Assembly: GCF_004010195.1 (NCBI RefSeq)
Contig: NC_057718.1
Coordinates: 105,044,300-105,108,299 of the forward strand
Direction of reading: 5' to 3'
Source of the DNA: Chiloscyllium plagiosum
Lineage: Eukaryota
DNA: 64,000 bases
Part shown: positions 1-12,925 of the stretch, one piece after another
How the letters are laid out: every line of letters starts with the position of its first letter
Position numbering within the stretch: position 1 is the stretch's first letter
Notes under the pieces: generated by a model
Database searches by the model: none
What the model was told of the DNA's origin: nothing
What the model saw: the letters and a program-made list of their open reading frames with translations, nothing else
Translations under genes and position numbers: made by a program

Positions 1-3000
1 CCCTGTGATCTCCCTGTGATCCAGCTGTGATCCCCCTGTGATCCCCCTGTGATTCCCCCGTGATCTCCCCGTGATCTCCCTGTGATCCCCCCGTGATCTC
101 CCCGTGATCTCCCTGTGATCCCCCCGTGATCCCCCCGTGATCCCCCAGTGATCCCCCCGTGATCCCCCTGTGATCCCCCTGTGATCTGAAAATGTGTTGC
201 TGGAAAAGCGCAGCAGGTCAGGCAGCATCCAGGGAACAGGAGAATCTAAGTTTCGGGCATAAGCCCTTCTTCAGGAATCCCCCTGTGATCCCCCTGTGAT
301 CCCCATGTGATCCCCCTGTGATCCCCTTGTGATCCCGCTGTGATCCCCCATGATCTCCCGTGATCTCCCTGTGATCCCGCTGTGATCCACCTGTGATCCC
401 CCTGTGATCTCCCTGTGATCCATCTGTGATCCCCCTGTGATCTCCCTGTGATCTCCCTGTGATCCCCCTGTGATCCCCCGTGATCCCCCTGTGATCCCCC
501 TGTGATCCAGCTGTGATCCCCCTGTGATCTCCCTGTGATCCCCCGTGATCCCTCTATGATCTCCCTGTGATCTCCCTGTGATCCAGCTGTGATCCCCCTG
601 TGATCTCCCTGTGATCCAGCTGTGATCCCCCTGTGATCCCCCTGTGATCCCTCTGAGATCTCCCTGTGATCTCCCTGTGATCCAGCTGTGAACCACCTGT
701 GATCCCCCTGTGATCTCCCTGTGATCCCCCTGTGATCCCCCTGTGATCTCCCTGTGATCCCCCTGTGATCTCCCTGTGAAACCCCCTGTGATCCAGCTGT
801 GATTCCCCCTGTGATCTCTCTGTGATCTCCCTGTGATCTCCCTGTGATCCAGCTGTGATCCCCATGTGATCCCGGTGTGATCTCCCTGTGATCCCCCTGT
901 GATCCCCCTGTGATCCCCCCGAGATCCCCCCGTGATCCCCCGTGATCCCGCCTTGATCCCCCCGTGATCGCCCCGTGATCCCCCTGTGATCCCCCTGTGA
1001 TCCCCCCGTGATCCCTCTGTGATCCCCTGTGATCCCCCTATGATCCCCCTGTGATCTCCCTGTGATCCCTCTGTGATCCCTCTGTGATCCCTCTGTGATC
1101 CCCCTGTGATCTCCCTGTGATCCCTCTGTGATCCCTCTGTGATCTCCTTGTGATCCCCCTGTGATCCCCCTGTGATCTCCCTGTGATCTCCCCATGAACC
1201 CCCGTGATCCCTCTGTGATCCCCCTGTGATCCCCCGTGATCCCCCAGTGATCTCCCTGTGATCCCCCTGTGATCCCCCTGTGATCCCCCGTAGATCTCCC
1301 TGTGATCCAGCTGTGAACCACCTGTGATCCCCCTGTGATCTCCCTGTGATCCCTCTGTGATCCCTCTGTGACCCCCCTGTGATCACCCGTCACTGAACCC
1401 CCTGTGATCTGCCTGTGATCTCCCTGTGATCCAGCTGTGATCCTGCTGTGATCCCCCTTTGATCCCTCTGTGATCCCTCTGTGACCCCCCTGTGATCACC
1501 CGTCACTGAACCCCCTGTGATCTCCTTGTGATCTCCCTGTGATCCAGCTGTGATCCAGCTGTGATCCTGCTGTGATCTCCCTGTGATCCCCCTGTGATCC
1601 CTCTGTGATCCCTCTGTGATCTCCCTGTGATCTCCCTGTGATCCCCCTGTGATCCCCCTGTGATCCAGCTGTGACCCCCCTGTGATCCCCCTGTGATCTC
1701 CCTGTGATCCCCATGTGATCCCGGTGTGGACCCCACTGTGATCTCCCTGTGATCCCCCTGTGATCCCTCTGTGATCCCCCTGTGATCCCTCTGTGATCTC
1801 CCTGTGATCCCCCGTGATCCCTCTGTGATCTCCCTGTGATCTCCCTGTGATCCCTCTGTGATCCCCCTGTGATCCACCTATGATCCCTCTGTGATCTCCC
1901 TGTGATCCCTCTGTGATCTCCCTGTGATCCCCCATGATCCCTCTGTGATCTCCCTGTGATCTCCCTGTGATCCCCCTGTGATCCCCCTGTGATCCAGCTG
2001 TGACCCTCCTGTGATCCCCCTGTGATCTCCCTGTGATCCCTCTGTGATCTCCCTGTGATCCCCCATGATCCCTCTGTGATCTCCCTGTGATCTCCCTGTG
2101 ATCCCTCTATGATCCCTCTGTGATCCCCCTGTGATCCCTCTGTGATCTCCCTGTGATCCCCCGTGATCCCTCTGTGATCTCCCTGTGATCTCCCTGTGAT
2201 CCCTCTGTGATCCCTCTGTGATCCCCCTGTGATCCAGCTGTGATCCCTCTGTGATCCCCCTGTGATCCCCCTGTGATCCCCCTGTGATCTCCCTGTGATC
2301 CCCATGTGATCCCGGTGTGGTCCCCCTGTGATCCCCCTGTGATCCCCCTGTGATCCCGGTGTGATCCCCCTGTGATCTCCCTGTGATCCCGCTGTGACCT
2401 CCCTGTGATCCCCATGCGATCCCGGTGTGATCCCTCTGTGATCCCCCGTGATCCCCCTGTGAACCCCCTGTGATCTTCCTGTGATCCCCCTGTGATCTCC
2501 CTGTGATCCCGGTGTGATCCCTCTGTGATCCCCTGTGATCCCCATGTGATCCCCCCGTGATCGCCATGTGATCCCCCTGTGATCCCCCGTGATCCCCCCG
2601 TGATCCCCCCGTGGTCCCCCTGTGATCCCCCTGTGATCCCCCTGTGACCCTCCTGTGATCCCCCTGTGATCTCCCTGTGATCCCCATGTGTGATCTCCGT
2701 GATCCCCCTGTGACCCCCCCGTGACCCCCTGTGATCCCCCCGTGATCCCCTGTGATCCCCCTGTGATCTGCCTGTGATCCCCATGTGATCCCTCTGTGAT
2801 CCCCCTGTGATCCCCCTGTGATCCCTCTGTGATCCCCCTGTGATCACCCCATGATCCCCTTGTGAACCCTCTGTGATCCCCTGTGATCCCCCTGTGATCC
2901 CCTGTGATCCCCCTGTGATCCCCCGTGATCCCCTGTGATCCCCCTGTGATCCCCTTGTGATCCCCCTGCGATCCCCGTGTGATCCCCCTGTGATCCCCCT

Positions 3001-3465
3001 GTGATCTCCCTGTGATCTCCCTGTGATCTCCCTGTGATTTCCCTGTGATCCCCCTGTGATCCCCCTGTGTTCCCCTGTGTTCCCCTGTGATCCCCCCGTG
3101 ATCCCCTTGTGATCCCCCTGTGATCCCCTTGTGATCCCCTTGTGATCTCCCTGTGATCTCCCTGTGATCTTCCTGTGATCTCCCTGTGATCTCCCTGTGA
3201 TCTCCCTGTGATCTCCCTGTGATTTCCCTGTGATCCCCCTGTGATCCCCATATGATCTCCCTGTGATCTCCTTGTGATCTCCCTGTGATCCCCATGTGAT
3301 CCCCCTGTGATCTCCCTGTGATCCCCCTGTGATCTCCCTGTGATCTCCCTGTGATCCCCCTGGTGATCCCCCTGGTGATCCCCCTTGTGATTCCCCCCCG
3401 TGATCCCACCGTGATCCCCCCGTGATACCCCCGTGATCCCCCTGTGATCACCTGTGATCTCCCTG
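1..3465. repeat. Tandem satellite of 10-11 bp units (CCCTGTGATC[C/T]), intronic, runs off the window start
   Basis: Hundreds of variant TGTGATC-containing units read directly; interrupted only at ~187-277. Confidence 0.97.
187..277 (-). mobile_element. Penelope-like terminal-repeat fragment (family A) inserted in the satellite
   Basis: Matches the termini of the GIY-YIG-bearing element at 14181-15452; minus strand reads CTGAAGA-AGGGC-TTAT-GCCC-GAAAC. Confidence 0.85.
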
Positions 3466-3558
3466 TCTCCACTTCTTTGGGTAATGCCCCTTTTCTGTTT
3501 TGGCTAAAATACAATGTCAAACCTCAGGTTTCACCCGGTCGGAATGTTTCCAGACAAT

Positions 3559-3685
3559 AAAAACCAAGAGGTGTATATGCTGGAAATCAGAAACAAAACC
3601 AGAAAGTGCTGGAAAAGCTCGGTGGGTCTGGCAGCATCTGTGGAGAGAAAGCAGAGTTAACATTTCGGGACCAGTGTCCCTTTTT
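3559..3685 (-). mobile_element. Short interspersed element, Penelope-like family C (degenerate)
   Basis: Shares GCTGGAAAA..GGTCTGGCAGCATCTGTGGAGAGAAAGCAGAGTTAA..TTTCGGG with copies at 12926, 26910, 34375 and 48682. Confidence 0.7.
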
Positions 3686-3760
3686 AAATCAATGTTGACC
3701 ATTCTGTCTGTCACAATCGAGAAGGGCGTTCTAACAATGCTCTTCTGAAAATCTTCACAG

Positions 3761-3849
3761 CATCACTTTTTTCTTGGCTCTTGGTTTGACTGCTCTCTCG
3801 TTTGTGATCGAAAAGAGGGAGGGTTTACTGGACAGGAGCTGGGCTGCAG
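3761..3849 (+). CDS. ABCH-like (ABCG20/23-like) transporter, internal exon (first in window)
   Basis: ttcacAG acceptor and GTtagt donor; encodes ITFFLALGLTALSFVIEKREGLLDRSWAA-G, the E-x-x-x-G-L-L-x-R region of the ABC2 membrane domain; phase 1 end matches the next exon. Confidence 0.92.
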
Positions 3850-4139
3850 GTTAGTGTAACATGATCATTGCAGCAAATTACATTTAACTCTTAAGGAAAT
3901 AAAAGCACTGTTTGTGAATCCATCAGTAATTGTGAATACCCAGCAGTGGTCAGGTCTGTGCTGCTGGTGTATTGCTCCACCCTCTGTGCAATCCACCCCT
4001 CGCTATTACAGAGCAGGTTCCCTTTGACTGTGCTGTCATTTCTTCCCACAGTCATGTTCCTGAATAAATCCTGTGATGTTCATTCTGTTGCTGTGGGTAT
4101 CGGTGGAGTGGGCTGTACATTAATGAAGATATCCCCACT

Positions 4140-4435
4140 GGGGGAGACGGCAGTGTACCTAGAGAAGTGTACCAGAGACCCAGGAAACTATCAGCAATTG
4201 TCAGAAAAAGCCACATGTTTCACCTATATCCCTTAGGGAAGGGAGTCTCCCATCCTTACCCCGCCTGCCCTGCAGGTAACTCCAGACCTACAGCATTGTG
4301 GCTGATTTCTAACTGCCCTGGGAAATGACTGAGCAAGGGCACTCAGTGGGTCACCCCCAGTCCGGGATGGGTAACATCGACTGGGGCTCACTCATGACAC
4401 CAACATCCTGTGGAAGATCAAAGAAATAAAAAAGG
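4140..4435 (+). mobile_element. Degenerate SINE, same family as 25335-25650
   Basis: CCTTAGGGAAGGGAGTCTCCCATCCTTACC core and A-rich tail similar to the 25.5 kb copy. Confidence 0.6.
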
Positions 4436-4607
4436 ACAAGCGTTTAGGGACTTCACAATAAATCATCCTCATTCAAAATATCATCCTGAAATTAAATCAG
4501 CCCACTCTCGCAACTGAGCGACAGAAAGGATCGACATCACAGATGTGTAAGTCACAAAAACCGAATCTGTTCAACTCAGCTTGTGTCCCATGTGCCATTT
4601 CCCCAGG

Positions 4608-4683
4608 GTACTGGCACCCACAACCCGTGGGGATTGTCCCCTCTCTCAGTACGTGGCACCCACACCCCGTGGGGATTGTCCCC
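4608..4683. repeat. Short direct duplication, 2 copies
   Basis: GTAC(G)TGGCACCCACA(A)CCCGTGGGGATTGTCCC occurs twice about 42 bp apart. Confidence 0.85.
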
Positions 4684-4899
4684 TGGGCTGTTTCAGATTG
4701 CTCACTGCCAACAATCCTGCTGTGACGTTTCTGTGTCTGGGACCTATCTGGTGATGAGTGGTGGGTGATACATGATCTTAGATTAACGACAGAAGGGGCT
4801 CTGCCTCAGACAACAAGAAAGTCTATTGCCTGATAGCAATAAATAGAATGACTCTGGGTCAGGCAACAATAGCAATTTAAGGAGGAGGGGCAGATACAG

Positions 4900-6160
4900 C
4901 TCACAAACTTGATTGAGTTTTTTTAAAGAAGTAACAAAGAGGATTGATGAGGGCAGGGCGGTAGATGTGATCTATATGGACTTCAGTAAGGCGTTTGACA
5001 AGGTTCCCCATGGGAGACTGATTAGCAAGGTTAGATCTCACGGAATACAGGGAGAATAGCCATTTGGATACAGAACTGGCTCAAAGGTAGAAGCCAGAGG
5101 GGGTGGTGGAGGGTTGTTTTTCAGACTGGAGGCCTGTGACCAGTGGAGTGCCACAAGGATCGGTGCAGGGTCCTCTACTTTTTGTCATTTACATAAATGA
5201 TTTGGATGCGAGCATAAGAGGTACAGTTAGTAAGTTTGCAGATGACATCAAAGTTGGAGGTGAAGTTGACAGCGAAGAGAGTTACCTCAGATTACAACAG
5301 GATCTGGACCAGATGGGCCAATGGGCTGAGAAGTGGCAGATGGAGTTTAATTTGGATAAATGCGAGGTGCTGCATTTGGGTAAGCAAATCTTAGCAGGAC
5401 TTATACACTTAATGGTGAGGTCCTAGGGAGTGTTGCTGAACAAAGAGATCTTGGAGAGCAGGTTCAAAGCTCCTTGAAAGTGGAGTCGCAGGTCGATAGG
5501 ATAGTGAAGGCGGCATTTGGTATGCTTTCGTTTATTGGTCAGAGTATTGAGTACAGGAGTTGGGAGGTCATGTTGTGGCTGTACAGGACATTGGTTAGGC
5601 CACTGTTGGAATATTGCGTGCAATTCTGGTCTCCTTCCTATCAGAAAGATGTTGTGAAACTTGAAAAGGTTCAGAAAAGGTTTACAAGGATGTTGCCAGG
5701 GGTGGAGGATTTGAACTATAGGGAGAGGCTGAACAGGCTGGGGCTGTTTTCCCTGGAGCATCGGAGGCTGAGGGGTGACTTATAGAGGTTTACAAAATTA
5801 TGAGGGGCATGGATAGGGTAAACAGACAAAGTCTTTTCCCTGGGTTGGGGGAGTCCAGAACTAGAGGGCATAGGTTTAGGGTGAGAGGGGAAAGATATAA
5901 AAGAGACTTAAGGGGCAACTTTTTCACGCAGAGGGTGGTACGTGTATGGCGTGAGCTGCCAGAGGATGTGGTGGAGGCTGGTACTATTGAAACATTTAAG
6001 AGGCAGTTGGATGGGTATATGAATAGGAAGGGTTTGGAGGGATATGGGCCAGGTGCTGGCAGGTGGGACTCGATTGGGTTGGGATATCTGGTCGGCATGG
6101 ACAGGTTGGACCGAAGGGTCTGTTTCCATGCTGTACATCTCTATGACTCTATGACTCTGT
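4900..6160 (+). mobile_element. 5'-truncated CR1 LINE (HER1-like, family A), reverse transcriptase 3' half
   Basis: GVPQGSV.GPLLF, KFADD, WQMEFN..KCEVLH and LEYCVQFWSP motifs in frameshifted ORFs; CTATGACT repeat tail. Confidence 0.95.
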
Positions 6161-6369
6161 AGAATGGTTGAAGCAGAGACAACACTAACATTAACCTCTT
6201 CAGAACCATTACCTTCAACAACATTTACAGATCCCATTGTGTTTAAATAATCCGGATTTACGGTTTGGGAAAATCATGAAAACAACTCTGTCTTTTCCCA
6301 ATCTTTTCCTTGGGTTTCCTTTGACACCAGTTAACCCAGTGGCTGTATACAGGAACATACTGTGGAGAT

Positions 6370-6500
6370 GAAGTCACATGACATCAGTTTATAGTCCAAC
6401 AGGTTTATGTGAGATCACAAGCGTTCACAAGTCAGTGCTCTGAAAGCTTGTGATTTCACGTAAACCCTTTGGACTATAACCTGGTGTCATGTGACTTACA
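6370..6500. mobile_element. Fold-back (inverted) Penelope-like family B element
   Basis: AAGTCACATGAC..TATAGTCCAA..ATCACAAGC is mirrored by GCTTGTGAT..TTGGACTATA..GTCATGTGACTT; related to the 22536 and 49250 copies. Confidence 0.8.
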
Positions 6501-6689
6501 ACTTTGTGTATAGGAAAATATGAGGCAGAATTCCTGACATAGATAAAATCAGATACAAATATTAGAGTTCTAAGTTTTAAAGAAGGTGATGTCAATACAT
6601 TGGATGTTGTGTGTGAAAGTTTGAGAACATGACAAGATAACCTTAAAACCAGCCAGTCTGAGGGCTGAACTGGACATTGTATGATTGTG

Positions 6690-6785
6690 AGAGTCTAGAT
6701 TAGAGTGGTGCTGGAAAAGCACAGCAGGTCAAGCAGCATCAGAGGAGCAGGAAAATCAACGTTACGGGCAAAAGCCCTTCATCAG
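6690..6785 (-). mobile_element. Penelope-like family A fragment
   Basis: Family A sequence; flanked by GATTGTG at 6683-6689 and 6786-6792; hammerhead GAAA box mutated to GTAA. Confidence 0.85.
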
Positions 6786-6935
6786 GATTGTGTGTAACTG
6801 TGTGTGTATCATGAAGTAAAATTGTGTGTATTATTCCACATATGATCATATAATTTTAACAAAACTCGGATCAATGTTGCTTTTGTGAGTGAATTTTGTT
6901 TGTAGTTTCCTTATTTGTTGTGTTTTTTTATTCAG

Positions 6936-7039
6936 GCGTGAGTTCCCTGGAACTGATACTGGCTCACACTTTTTCCCACCTCCTAACGATGATTATTCAG
7001 ATAACATTGTTACTCATCTTTACATTCCTGGTTTTCAAG
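6936..7039 (+). CDS. ABCH-like transporter, internal exon
   Basis: Pyrimidine tract plus ttcAG, GTcagt donor; (G)VSSLELILAHTFSHLLTMIIQITLLLIFTFLVFK, hydrophobic TM segment; phases 1 and 0 fit both neighbours. Confidence 0.92.
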
Positions 7040-7304
7040 GTCAGTTCTCTACTTTTCTCTTGAAATCGTTAAATGGAACGTTGTTGAAGAGTCTGCCCAC
7101 TAGCTGAACAGCCTGCAGCTTGGTCGAGTTCTATTGAGATAAATGTTGTGGTCAAGCAGTTAATTTATAGCCTGCAGCTAAGTGCATCTCTAATGTGTCT
7201 CCACAACAGGCAGAGCTAAGGGAATTTATAAATGGGGAATGGAGAAATGTGTTAGATTTCACAGAGAAAGATACAAGAAATCTCCTGGAATTAGACTTCC
7301 AAGC

Positions 7305-8047
7305 GGCTGTACAGGACGTTGGTTAGGCCACTTTTGGAATACAGAGTCAAAAGGTGTGGTACTGGAAAAGCACAGCAGGTTCCTGATAAAAGGTTTATGC
7401 CTGAAATGTCAACTCTTCTGCTCCTCGGATGCTGCCTGAACTGTTGTGCTTTGCCAGGGCCACATTTTTAACTCTGATCTCCAGTATCTGCAGTCCTTAC
7501 TTTCTCCCACTTTTGGAATACAGCATTCAATCCTGGTCTCCTTGCTAGAGAAAAGATGTTGTAAAACTTAAAAGGGTTAAGAAAAGATTTACAAGGATGT
7601 TGCCAGGTTGGAGGGTTTGAGCTACAGGGAGAGGCTGAATAGGCCTGGGCTGTTTTCCCTGGAGTGTCAGAGGCTGAGGGGTGACTTTATAGAGGTTTAT
7701 ACAATCATGAGTGGCATAAATAGACAAGGTCTTTTCACTGGGGTAGGGGAGACCAGAACTAGAGGACATAGGTTTAAGATGAGAGGGGAAAGGTATGAAA
7801 GGGACCCAAGGGGCAACCTTTTCACGCAGAGGGTGGTATGTGTATGGAATGAGCTGCCAGAGGAAGTGGTGAAGGCTAGTACAGTTACAGCATTTAAGAG
7901 ACATCTGGATGGGTACATGAGTAGGAAGGGTTTGGAGGGATATGGGCCAGGTGCTGGCAAATGGGATTAGATTAGGTTGGGATATCTGGTCAGTGTGGAC
8001 AAGTTGGACCGAAGGGTCTGTTTCCATGCTGTACATCTCTATGACTG
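7305..8047 (+). mobile_element. CR1 LINE 3' fragment interrupted by a Penelope-like insertion
   Basis: Same 3' ORF2 and tail as 4900-6160. Confidence 0.93.
7345..7506. mobile_element. Fold-back Penelope-like family A insertion with 17-bp TSD
   Basis: CCACTTTTGGAATACAG at 7328-7344 and 7507-7523; inverted family A termini inside. Confidence 0.9.
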
Positions 8048-8074
8048 TATACTCGGGAGACCTGAGAAGTTATT

Positions 8075-8830
8075 GGAAGTAAGAAGGTAGTGTTGGAGAA
8101 ATTAATGAGACCAAAGGTTGGTAAGTCCCTGGACCCTGATGATCCACACCTCAGAGTGTTGAGGGAGATTGCTTTAGAGATAGTTGATGCATTGGTGATC
8201 ATCTTCCAAAATTCCACAGATCCTGAAATGATTCCTGCAGATTGGAAGTTCACATTATTTAAGAAGGGGTGTGAGAGAAAACAGGGAACTACAAAGTGTC
8301 CTGTATATCCTTGTCAATAAGTCACTGAAGGCTAATGTACAAGGGGCAGCACGTGAGGAAGAAGGTGCCTGGAATATTAGCCTGGTTAGACTGCACCTGG
8401 AGTTTTGGTCTCCCTTATGTTGGGATAGCATTGTCATAGAGGGACAGGAGCAAGCATTCAGTTGACCTGCTCCCAGGATGGTGGGACTGTCCTGTGAAGA
8501 GAGAAATTGTCTATCTCTGCCTTAAAAAATATCCATGCACTGTATATTCACTGTCTTTGAGGAAGAGAATTTGAAAGACTTGTATTTGGAACTCTCTATA
8601 TTCTATGTACTTGAGACCCTCAGAGAGAAGTATATTCCCACCCTGTTCTAAATGGATGAACCCTGATTTTTAAACAGGGACCTCTCGTTCTCGATTTCCC
8701 CACAAGAGGAAGTGTCCAGTGCACAGCTCCTGGTCAAAACCCCTCTGGATCTTGTATGTTTCAATCAAGTCATCACTTACTGTTTTAAACCTGACCAGAT
8801 ACAGGCCAAGCCTGTCCAACCTGTCCATTC
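8075..8830. mobile_element. Old CR1 fragments in both orientations
   Basis: KSLDPDDPHLRVLRE..PADWK on +, RLHLEFWSP on +, DLIETYKI on -. Confidence 0.75.
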
Positions 8831-8994
8831 CAAATCTGATGCTGGGCTTCCTCATCTAGACTCCCCTTACTCCTCAAACGTTCCCAGTCTATCTGTCGGT
8901 TACAATCACTCCCTAAGCATTGCCATTCCTTTCTGACAAACTCACACTCTTTCTTTCTTTATATTCCACCCTATAGTGTGGTTACTGTTCCAGG

Positions 8995-9390
8995 GCCCAC
9001 TCTCATTCCCAATCCCAATCCCACTCTCGCTCCCACTCCCAGTCTCACTCTCATTCCCACTCCCACACCCATTTCCACTCCCACTCCCAGTCTCACTCCC
9101 ACTCCCACTCCCAATCCCATTCTCATTCCCACTCCCAATCCCAATCTCACTCCCACTACCACTCTCATTCCCAATCCCATTCCCACTCCCACGCCCAGTC
9201 TCACTGTCACTCCCACTCCCACTCCCAATCCCACTCTCATTACCACTCCCACTCACACTCCCATTCTCATTCCAAATCCCATCCCCACTTCCAGTCTCAC
9301 TCCCAATCCCACTCTCATTCCCAATCCCATTCCCACTCCCACTCCCATTCCCATTCCCATTCCCACTCCCATTCCCATTCCCACTCCCAC
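8995..9390. repeat. Degenerate hexamer array (CCCACT/CCCATT/CCCAAT)n
   Basis: Direct reading; produces spurious PT/GS-rich ORFs. Confidence 0.95.
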
Positions 9391-9654
9391 AGATACTTGT
9401 CAAATGGCAAGTATCACCACAAGTGACATCTTCCCTTTGTCTTTCTCATCTCTACACAAACAATGTCCACATCTGAGTTTCCTGAATATCCATCATCATG
9501 CACTGCTGCATTCAATCTATTACTCGCTATCAAAGCCCCTCCCGTCCAACTTTTCCTGTAATTCATTCCCACCTTTAATGGTGCCCAGAGTCAGGGTGGG
9601 TGACATTGAGAGTGAGACAGCAGTTTCCTTGGTGGCTGATGGGTCCATTGGCAG

Positions 9655-12058
9655 AGATAGAGTGAGGGTGAGGAATCAGAGAGAGAGAGAGAAAGAAAGA
9701 GAGAGAGGCGATGATCGAGTGAGGGTGAGGAATTCGAGTGAGAGAGAGAGGCGATGATAGAGTGAGGGTGAGGAATCAGTGAGAGAGAGGCGATGATAGA
9801 GTGAGGGTGAGGAATCAGTGAGAGAGAGGCGATGATAGAGTGAGGGTGAGGAATCAGTGAGAGAGAGGCGATGATAGAGTGAGGGTGAGGAATCAGTGAG
9901 AGAGAGGCGATGATAGAGTGAGGGTGAGGAATCAGTGAGAGAGAGGCGATGATAGAGTGAGGGTGAGGAATCAGTGAGAGAGAGGCGATGATAGAGTGAG
10001 GGTGAGGAATCAGTGAGAGAGAGGCGATGATAGAGTGAGGGTGAGGAATCAGTGAGAGAGAGGCGATGATAGAGTGAGGGTGAGGAATCAGTGAGAGAGA
10101 GGCGATGATAGAGTGAGGGTGAGGAATCAGTGAGAGAGAGGCGATGATAGAGTGAGGGTGAGGAATCAGTGAGAGAGAGGCGATGATAGAGTGAGGGTGA
10201 GGAATCAGTGAGAGAGAGGCGATGATAGAGTGAGGGTGAGGAATCAGTGAGAGAGAGGCGATGATAGAGTGAGGGTGAGGAATCAGTGAGAGAGAGGCGA
10301 TGATAGAGTGAGGGTGAGGAATCAGTGAGAGAGAGGCGATGATAGAGTGAGGGTGAGGAATCAGTGAGAGAGAGGCGATGATAGAGTGAGGGTGAGGAAT
10401 CAGTGAGAGAGAGGCGATGATAGAGTGAGGGTGAGGAATCAGTGAGAGAGAGGCGATGATAGAGTGAGGGTGAGGAATCAGTGAGAGAGAGGCGATGATA
10501 GAGTGAGGGTGAGGAATCAGTGAGAGAGAGGCGATGATAGAGTGAGGGTGAGGAATCAGTGAGAGAGAGGCGATGATAGAGTGAGGGTGAGGAATCAGTG
10601 AGAGAGAGGCGATGATAGAGTGAGGGTGAGGAATCAGTGAGAGAGAGGCGATGATAGAGTGAGGGTGAGGAATCAGTGAGAGAGAGGCGATGATAGAGTG
10701 AGGGTGAGGAATCAGTGAGAGAGAGGCGATGATAGAGTGAGGGTGAGGAATCAGTGAGAGAGAGGCGATGATAGAGTGAGGGTGAGGAATCAGTGAGAGA
10801 GAGGCGATGATAGAGTGAGGGTGAGGAATCAGTGAGAGAGAGGCGATGATAGAGTGAGGGTGAGGAATCAGTGAGAGAGAGGCGATGATAGAGTGAGGGT
10901 GAGGAATCAGTGAGAGAGAGGCGATGATAGAGTGAGGGTGAGGAATCAGTGAGAGAGAGGCGATGATAGAGTGAGGGTGAGGAATCAGTGAGAGAGAGGC
11001 GATGATAGAGTGAGGGTGAGGAATCAGTGAGAGAGAGGCGATGATAGAGTGAGGGTGAGGAATCAGTGAGAGAGAGGCGATGATAGAGTGAGGGTGAGGA
11101 ATCAGTGAGAGAGAGGCGATGATAGAGTGAGGGTGAGGAATCAGTGAGAGAGAGGCGATGATAGAGTGAGGGTGAGGAATCAGTGAGAGAGAGGCGATGA
11201 TAGAGTGAGGGTGAGGAATCAGTGAGAGAGAGGCGATGATAGAGTGAGGGTGAGGAATCAGTGAGAGAGAGGCGATGATAGAGTGAGGGTGAGGAATCAG
11301 TGAGAGAGAGGCGATGATAGAGTGAGGGTGAGGAATCAGTGAGAGAGAGGCGATGATAGAGTGAGGGTGAGGAATCAGTGAGAGAGAGGCGATGATAGAG
11401 TGAGGGTGAGGAATCAGTGAGAGAGAGGCGATGATAGAGTGAGGGTGAGGAATCAGTGAGAGAGAGGCGATGATAGAGTGAGGGTGAGGAATCAGTGAGA
11501 GAGAGGCGATGATAGAGTGAGGGTGAGGAATCAGTGAGAGAGAGGCGATGATAGAGTGAGGGTGAGGAATCAGAGAGAGAGAGGCGATGATAGAGTGAGG
11601 GTGAGGAATCAGTGAGAGAGAGGCGATGATAGAGTGAGGGTGAGGAATCAGTGAGAGAGAGGCGATGATAGAGTGAGGGTGAGGAATCAGTGAGAGAGAG
11701 GCGATGATAGAGTGAGGGTGAGGAATCAGTGAGAGAGAGGCGATGATAGAGTGAGGGTGAGGAATCAGTGAGAGAGAGGCGATGATAGAGTGAGGGTGAG
11801 GAATCAGTGAGAGAGAGGCGATGATAGAGTGAGGGTGAGGAATCAGTGAGAGAGAGGCGATGATAGAGTGAGGGTGAGGAATCAGTGAGAGAGAGGCGAT
11901 GATAGAGTGAGGGTGAGGAATCAGTGAGAGAGAGGCGATGATAGAGTGAGGGTGAGGAATCAGTGAGAGAGAGGCGATGATAGAGTGAGGGTGAGGAATC
12001 AGAGAGAGAGAGGCGATGATAGAGTGAGGGTGAGGAATCAGTGAGAGAGAGAGATGCG
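9655..12058. repeat. 39-bp minisatellite, ~60 nearly identical copies
   Basis: Unit GATAGAGTGAGGGTGAGGAATCAGTGAGAGAGAGGCGAT; the line pattern recurs every 780 bp (20 x 39). Confidence 0.97.
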
Positions 12059-12925
12059 ATGAAGCTGCTGCTTACTCTGGCGAATGCAGGAGGTCACTGA
12101 CTGGGACTCGGCCTTCCCTCAGGCAGCTGTGCTGACCTGGGCCTGGCTGGACAAGGTGTTGTGTTGGGGCCTCCTCTGCTGGTCCTGGGGGGAAGGGGAG
12201 AGCCCTGTTTAGCAGCTGCCTGTCCAGCAGGATCTCCGGGAGCCTGCCCCTAAAGCCGGGCACCTATCTCCACCCATCTACCATGACTGGGGCAAATATC
12301 AGGTTGGTGTGGGGTAGCTCTGACTGACAGTGCTAGCCCCAGGAACACTTTGGGCTTTTAAAGATGGTGCTGGCTCCAGGGATACTGGCTGTTTGACAAG
12401 GTTCAGGTGAGTGATAAGTTGTTCCGGGGAGACCATGTGGTAAAGTGAGGATAGAATCGGACATGAGGGACATCACTGGGCCGGGGCAGGGAGTTAATGA
12501 GGCACTATCTGTAAGAGACAGTGAGAACTGACTCAGTCACAGCGAGACCCCCACCAAGAATCTCAACATAACTCACACTTAGCAAAAGCACATAAGGATC
12601 TATTGAGAGAAGCTGAGTGAGGGCTGTCAATTCTCCTCCAGCAGTACTTACCAGTGAGCACAGACAGTCCGGGTGAACAACCCTCGCAGTTATTGGATCC
12701 TCCTGAATGGCTCTGATTCCTAATTTTGGGCTTGAAGCCACCTCCAACCGTTCCGCAGTTCTCCATAAATTTATTGCTTAACATTGAGTGAATGTAACAC
12801 TCGTAAACGGCTCTGCAAAGCCGGTTCCCTCACTGAGAAAACCTTGTTGTTTTTTGGTGCAGACTTTGCCGAGATCTGTTCTGGTTCTGGTGTGACTCAT
12901 GCTGCACACCTGCAACAGACTAGAA

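Noticed and set aside
271..3520. Long minus-strand ORFs (GDHRGITGGSQ repeats)
   Set aside because: Translation of a 10/11-bp satellite that is open in all frames; the unit length is not a multiple of three.
6889..7107. ORF-track protein overlapping the ABCH exon
   Set aside because: Wrong frame; the real exon reads VSSLELILAH in another frame.
8942..9757. PT-rich and GS-rich ORFs resembling mucin or silk proteins; hexamer resembling telomeric repeat
   Set aside because: Simple hexamer array open on both strands; no CCCTAA runs.
9655..12058. CRISPR-like periodicity in the 39-bp and 23-bp arrays
   Set aside because: No unique spacers; contiguous tandem units in eukaryotic DNA.
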